Source of the DNA: a virus
Taxonomy: Duplodnaviria > Caudoviricetes
DNA: 58,644 nucleotides
IMG/VR virus record: IMGVR_UViG_3300044714_000125
Coordinates: 1-58,644 of that record
Strand: one strand, 5' to 3'
The notes under the pieces were generated by a model. The model saw only the letters and a list, made by a program, of their open reading frames with translations, searched no databases and had not been told where the DNA came from. Numbering within the stretch: the first letter of the stretch is position 1; each line of letters opens with the position of its first letter. Shown one piece after another: positions 54,909-58,644 of the stretch. The translations under genes were made by a program, and so were the position numbers.

Positions 54909-56399
54909 ATGAATCTTGATTTGTACCAGCAGACTTTTCCAGTAAGCGCCGGCAATACGCTGGTGATGGCAATCTACAAGGCATCCGCGCCAAGCGTGCT
55001 GATTGCCTCCTATCAACTACCGGGCCCATATGTGGGTCAAACTCAACTGCATACATTCACCGGGCTCGTGGCTGTTGTTTATGACTACATCCTTTATGAA
55101 TCGCCCGACGGGGGTGCTGATGGCACGCAACTCAACAGCTTCAGCATCCAACCCAACATCAGCAGCTTCAACACCCGTGATCCGCTCACCCTCATCGCCA
55201 ACACATCGCCCTATTTTGCAAGTGGCACCAATTTTTACGGACCAGATCCGTCTCTCGTAGGATGGAACTGGTATCCCGATATTCCCGGCCAAGGCATCCT
55301 GCAATACGGTGTCGACTATGTGAAAACGGTGAATGGAACGCCGACAACGCAGGACGATCTGACTGCAAACGGTTATCAATATCTGGCAAGCGGGTATTCT
55401 ATTGGAGACGGGGAGAAGGCGGTCCTTGTATTCCTACCGCAGCTGGCGGCCTCCACAAGCGTCAGCGGGACGATCGTAAGCGGGACAACTCAGCTGACCG
55501 CCAATACCACACTGACGAATTCCGCAGCCGGCCAGGCATTTCTCTTGCAGGGAGGAGCCCCGGCGCTGAGTATTACCCTCCCAGCAACCTCCACGATGCC
55601 CGACAATGAACCGCTTTTCATCAACTCCGCGGGTGGCTCTCATGTCAATGCCGGGCTCCTGGCCCAAGGTGCTGACGTCTTCGAGTGGTACAATAATGCC
55701 AGTTTGCTGGGATCAGTGACCCGGGCGACCGCTCTTTATCTCGGACAATGCGAATCGATCGGACTCTACAAATGGACCTATCCGGACAGCACCCGAAAAT
55801 GGCTGATCTTTCAGGGTGGGGAGGGCATGCGCATGGTAGGGGAGATCATTTACGATTATTCGCTCATTCCACTCAATACCATTTTTTGTAATGGACAACT
55901 CCTTTCCCGGACGGCATATGCCAGGTTATGGAACTGGGTAAATACCAGCGGCGTGATCATAGTGGCGGACTCCGCATGGAATAATACGACAACATCTAAT
56001 GGAGTGACCTATCAATCGAATTGGGGCTATTTCAGCAGCGGCGATGGTTCTACTACCTTCAGAGTTCCTAAACTGTGGGCGTACAGTTATTTGCTGTGCA
56101 AATCAGGAATAAGGGGAATAGGGTTGTATGCAAATGGCTTTTCCGGGGATTTCAATCCTCCTAATGTTCAACCGCATATACATCCGATGCATGGCGCGGG
56201 TACGATCAGCGGCGGAGCGGGCAATCTTTATCTTGCGCGAACAGGCGGGGGCGGTCGGTATTCGGGGGGAGGCGGCGATCAATTCGGGGGTACGACATCG
56301 CCGGATCTAACTATGACGACAGGAGCAGCCAGTACCGCTAGTTCGACCGGCGAAAATATTACGGCTGGATTCGGTGTATATGCATTGATTAGAACCTAA
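54909..56399 (+). CDS. tail fibre protein with tail-collar domain
   Basis: VGEII...CNGQLLSRTAYARLW...GDGSTTFRVP...H.H motifs. Confidence 0.85.
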   Translation: MNLDLYQQTFPVSAGNTLVMAIYKASAPSVLIASYQLPGPYVGQTQLHTFTGLVAVVYDYILYESPDGGADGTQLNSFSIQPNISSFNTRDPLTLIANTSPYFASGTNFYGPDPSLVGWNWYPDIPGQGILQYGVDYVKTVNGTPTTQDDLTANGYQYLASGYSIGDGEKAVLVFLPQLAASTSVSGTIVSGTTQLTANTTLTNSAAGQAFLLQGGAPALSITLPATSTMPDNEPLFINSAGGSHVNAGLLAQGADVFEWYNNASLLGSVTRATALYLGQCESIGLYKWTYPDSTRKWLIFQGGEGMRMVGEIIYDYSLIPLNTIFCNGQLLSRTAYARLWNWVNTSGVIIVADSAWNNTTTSNGVTYQSNWGYFSSGDGSTTFRVPKLWAYSYLLCKSGIRGIGLYANGFSGDFNPPNVQPHIHPMHGAGTISGGAGNLYLARTGGGGRYSGGGGDQFGGTTSPDLTMTTGAASTASSTGENITAGFGVYALIRT

Positions 56400-56491
56400 A
56401 TTTTGCACTTTTAAGGTGCTAAAACGACATAATGTATCAGAGATGAACAAGTATATTAACCTTTTTTTCACAATAGTCTAATTTTATTGGT

Positions 56492-58644
56492 ATGAGGTTC
56501 AAAATTCTATTATTGGCACTCATCTTTCTTTCCTTGCGGGGATATGGCCAGATCATCGTATACCCCAATTCGGGGATTTATGGGGTAGGGTACAACCGCG
56601 GGGCCTTCCCTTATACATTGTGGTTTCCGACAGGTTGCGGTGCCCCGGTGGGCAAAGCATCATTAAACAGCATAGCGGTCAATAATCCCAGACAATGCGC
56701 GATTTATGGGGATACCTGCGGGCATCATATTTACTGGTATCATCCAAATGACTCGGCTTGGTCTCGAATCGACACGGGGAGCGGTGGGGGCGGCTCAGGG
56801 ACGGTGACGGCCATTTTAATCAGCAACGATAGTTTGTATTATGCCACCTCCTCGGGCAACACATTCGTTTCCCTACTCATTATCCAGGCGGACAGCACGG
56901 TCAAGTATGTGACACCGACGCAACTCGCGGCAGGACTCGCTCCAAAACTCAGCTCTATTTCCACACAATTTTCAGTCACAGGAGCGGGGACGCCGGGAAG
57001 TCCGGTGCAATTGGTCGGAGATTTGGCGACTCCAGGTAATTCGTATTATTACGGCACCAATAGCAGCGGTGCTAAAGGATATACTGCATTGCCTTCTGGC
57101 GTGGCCGGTGCAAATCCCACCCAGACAATCAGCGGGAGCGTGGTCAATGGTTCGGCCAGCACTTTCATGCGTTCCGATGCCGCCCCCGCCATAGCGACGA
57201 ATGCTGTTACCAATACGCTGCTCGCCCAAGCCCCAGACAGTACGATAAAGGGCAATCCTACGAGCGGGACGGCAAACGAGCAGGATATAACTATTGCGCA
57301 GCTGGTGACGCTGCTGTCGAATTACCCGACGGCATTCTGGCCGGTGCAGGGGCTTGCGTCTGTAGGAACGCACCTGGACAGTTTTAAAATGGGGGGCAAT
57401 CCATTTTTCCAGCCGGATACTATTCCGACAGCTGGCTATCCTTTTCTGATCACCGGCCTGCCCAGTAAATCAACAGCCCTTTCAACGGATAGCGTAATGA
57501 TCGAAACCCTTGCAGGACAGTTGTATAAACTTCCAGTTCCTTCTGGGGGCGGCGGTCTAACGCAGTTATATACCAAGAACCAAGGCATATCAATCCTTGG
57601 AACAGATACTACACGGCAAAATAATCTGGCGTTTGTAGATACTACCAATAACGGAGTATTAGGGGTTCTTTACGATAGCTTAACGTGGAATAGCCCTCTT
57701 GGATATCTTCAGCAAAGCGGTAGTGGAGTGACGGTGCCGTCGAATCAAATACAACTTGTTGAGGGGGATAATAATGGAACGGTTTATGTCCGATTGCCTA
57801 CAAATACTTGCCTAGATCAACAAAATTGGGCTGCAAACTATGTAATAAAGGCAACCAATTCTGGCGACAGTGGAGCGACTGTCGGATTGATAAGCGTCAA
57901 TACTCATTCTGTTTCTAGCATAATGGCGCGCTTTAACACGACTACTAGAAAAATAGAATTATTAACTAACCAGAATGGGACGACTACAATCATTCCATCG
58001 ACTGCGACGCTCCCATCTTCGGCTACGACTGGGGATAGCCTGACAGTGATTATTATCAACAATTATCAGGTCATCACAGCGCAAGCAACGGACAGAACGA
58101 CCAGCAATACGATATCCGTTAGCGTTCCAAACACATTTGTATATGGGTCACCTTTGTACATTGACAATACAGGACAGGCAACATTTCAATGCGGTAATGG
58201 AACCTATCTTGTAAATCGACTGACATATTCAAGCAATCTCCCAAAGAATCAAAATATCGGAGTCGTTGGCTATAGCATTACCGAGGGGGGTTATGCTGGT
58301 TCGATTTCAAATACGTGGGCTAGAAACATCGGTGCGGTAGTATCAGCAGGTTCGGCTGATTTTACAAGTTCCATTTTACTTCCTGGGCGTTTGCAAGAAA
58401 TGCATGCACTCAATTGCAGAAACTGGATCATTGGCGGGTTGGCCGGTAATGATATTCAGTATGGTATTTCATCTGCCACATGGGAAGCCAATCTCTTACA
58501 GATATATGATAGTATTATTTCGTGGGGGTCTAACTGTTATTTTACGCTTGAAACTCCAAGGAACGCCGTTAACATTACGGCTGCAAATACTTATATTATT
58601 GCAACATGCCAACCCTATATATTGATCTTTATACTCCCTTGTGG
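56492..58644 (+). CDS. signal-peptide-bearing fibre-like protein with C-terminal SGNH/GDSL-like domain (runs off the window)
   Basis: hand-translated open frame of >700 codons, absent from ORF track; MRFKILLLALIFLSLRGYG-Q; GGGSGTVT linker, FMRSDAAPA, VTNT.LAQ....TIKGN; IGVVGYSITEG...GND. Confidence 0.85.
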   Translation, partial: MRFKILLLALIFLSLRGYGQIIVYPNSGIYGVGYNRGAFPYTLWFPTGCGAPVGKASLNSIAVNNPRQCAIYGDTCGHHIYWYHPNDSAWSRIDTGSGGGGSGTVTAILISNDSLYYATSSGNTFVSLLIIQADSTVKYVTPTQLAAGLAPKLSSISTQFSVTGAGTPGSPVQLVGDLATPGNSYYYGTNSSGAKGYTALPSGVAGANPTQTISGSVVNGSASTFMRSDAAPAIATNAVTNTLLAQAPDSTIKGNPTSGTANEQDITIAQLVTLLSNYPTAFWPVQGLASVGTHLDSFKMGGNPFFQPDTIPTAGYPFLITGLPSKSTALSTDSVMIETLAGQLYKLPVPSGGGGLTQLYTKNQGISILGTDTTRQNNLAFVDTTNNGVLGVLYDSLTWNSPLGYLQQSGSGVTVPSNQIQLVEGDNNGTVYVRLPTNTCLDQQNWAANYVIKATNSGDSGATVGLISVNTHSVSSIMARFNTTTRKIELLTNQNGTTTIIPSTATLPSSATTGDSLTVIIINNYQVITAQATDRTTSNTISVSVPNTFVYGSPLYIDNTGQATFQCGNGTYLVNRLTYSSNLPKNQNIGVVGYSITEGGYAGSISNTWARNIGAVVSAGSADFTSSILLPGRLQEMHALNCRNWIIGGLAGNDIQYGISSATWEANLLQIYDSIISWGSNCYFTLETPRNAVNITAANTYIIATCQPYILIFILPC

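Noticed and set aside
54909-58644. Diversity-generating retroelement or invertible fibre cassette
   Set aside because: No reverse transcriptase, invertase or TR/VR repeat pair recognised in the window.
1-58644. Stop-codon reassignment
   Set aside because: Core genes are intact in the standard bacterial code, and TAA, TAG and TGA all end well-supported genes.

Overview
The whole window reads as a tailed dsDNA phage (or prophage) genome of siphovirus type, apparently near-complete and opened within the tail-fibre/lysis junction. A Bacteroidota host is inferred from TTTG-N19-TAnnTTTG-type promoters, SD-less A-rich translation starts, signal peptides cleaved before Gln and D-(S/T)-x O-glycosylation sequons. 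Layout: membrane/lysis cassette with a DUF1906-like endolysin (1-3326); mostly non-coding control region (3327-4570); early, recombination and replication genes (4573-25612) with two of the three DNA methyltransferases, a Rad52-like annealing protein, a PD-(D/E)XK exonuclease, a Gly-Ser/Tyr/Asp repeat protein and a tRNA-Asn(GUU); ParB-MTase, TerS and TerL (25700-28547); a ~10 kb accessory block separating TerL from the portal, including an inverted glycosyltransferase/methyltransferase/Stealth-like operon; and HK97-type head plus non-contractile tail genes (38807-58644). The strongest candidate for an undescribed system is at 28962-29935: a helical coiled-coil protein gene followed directly by a ~340-nt end-paired RNA holding a circularly permuted tRNA-like domain and a 7-nt-period AAAG array. 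The second candidate is a tail-fibre/SGNH-like protein with a Sec signal peptide and strong enrichment of host O-glycosylation sequons. No integrase, repressor, reverse transcriptase or CRISPR array was recognised. All family assignments come from motif recognition by eye, not from database searches.
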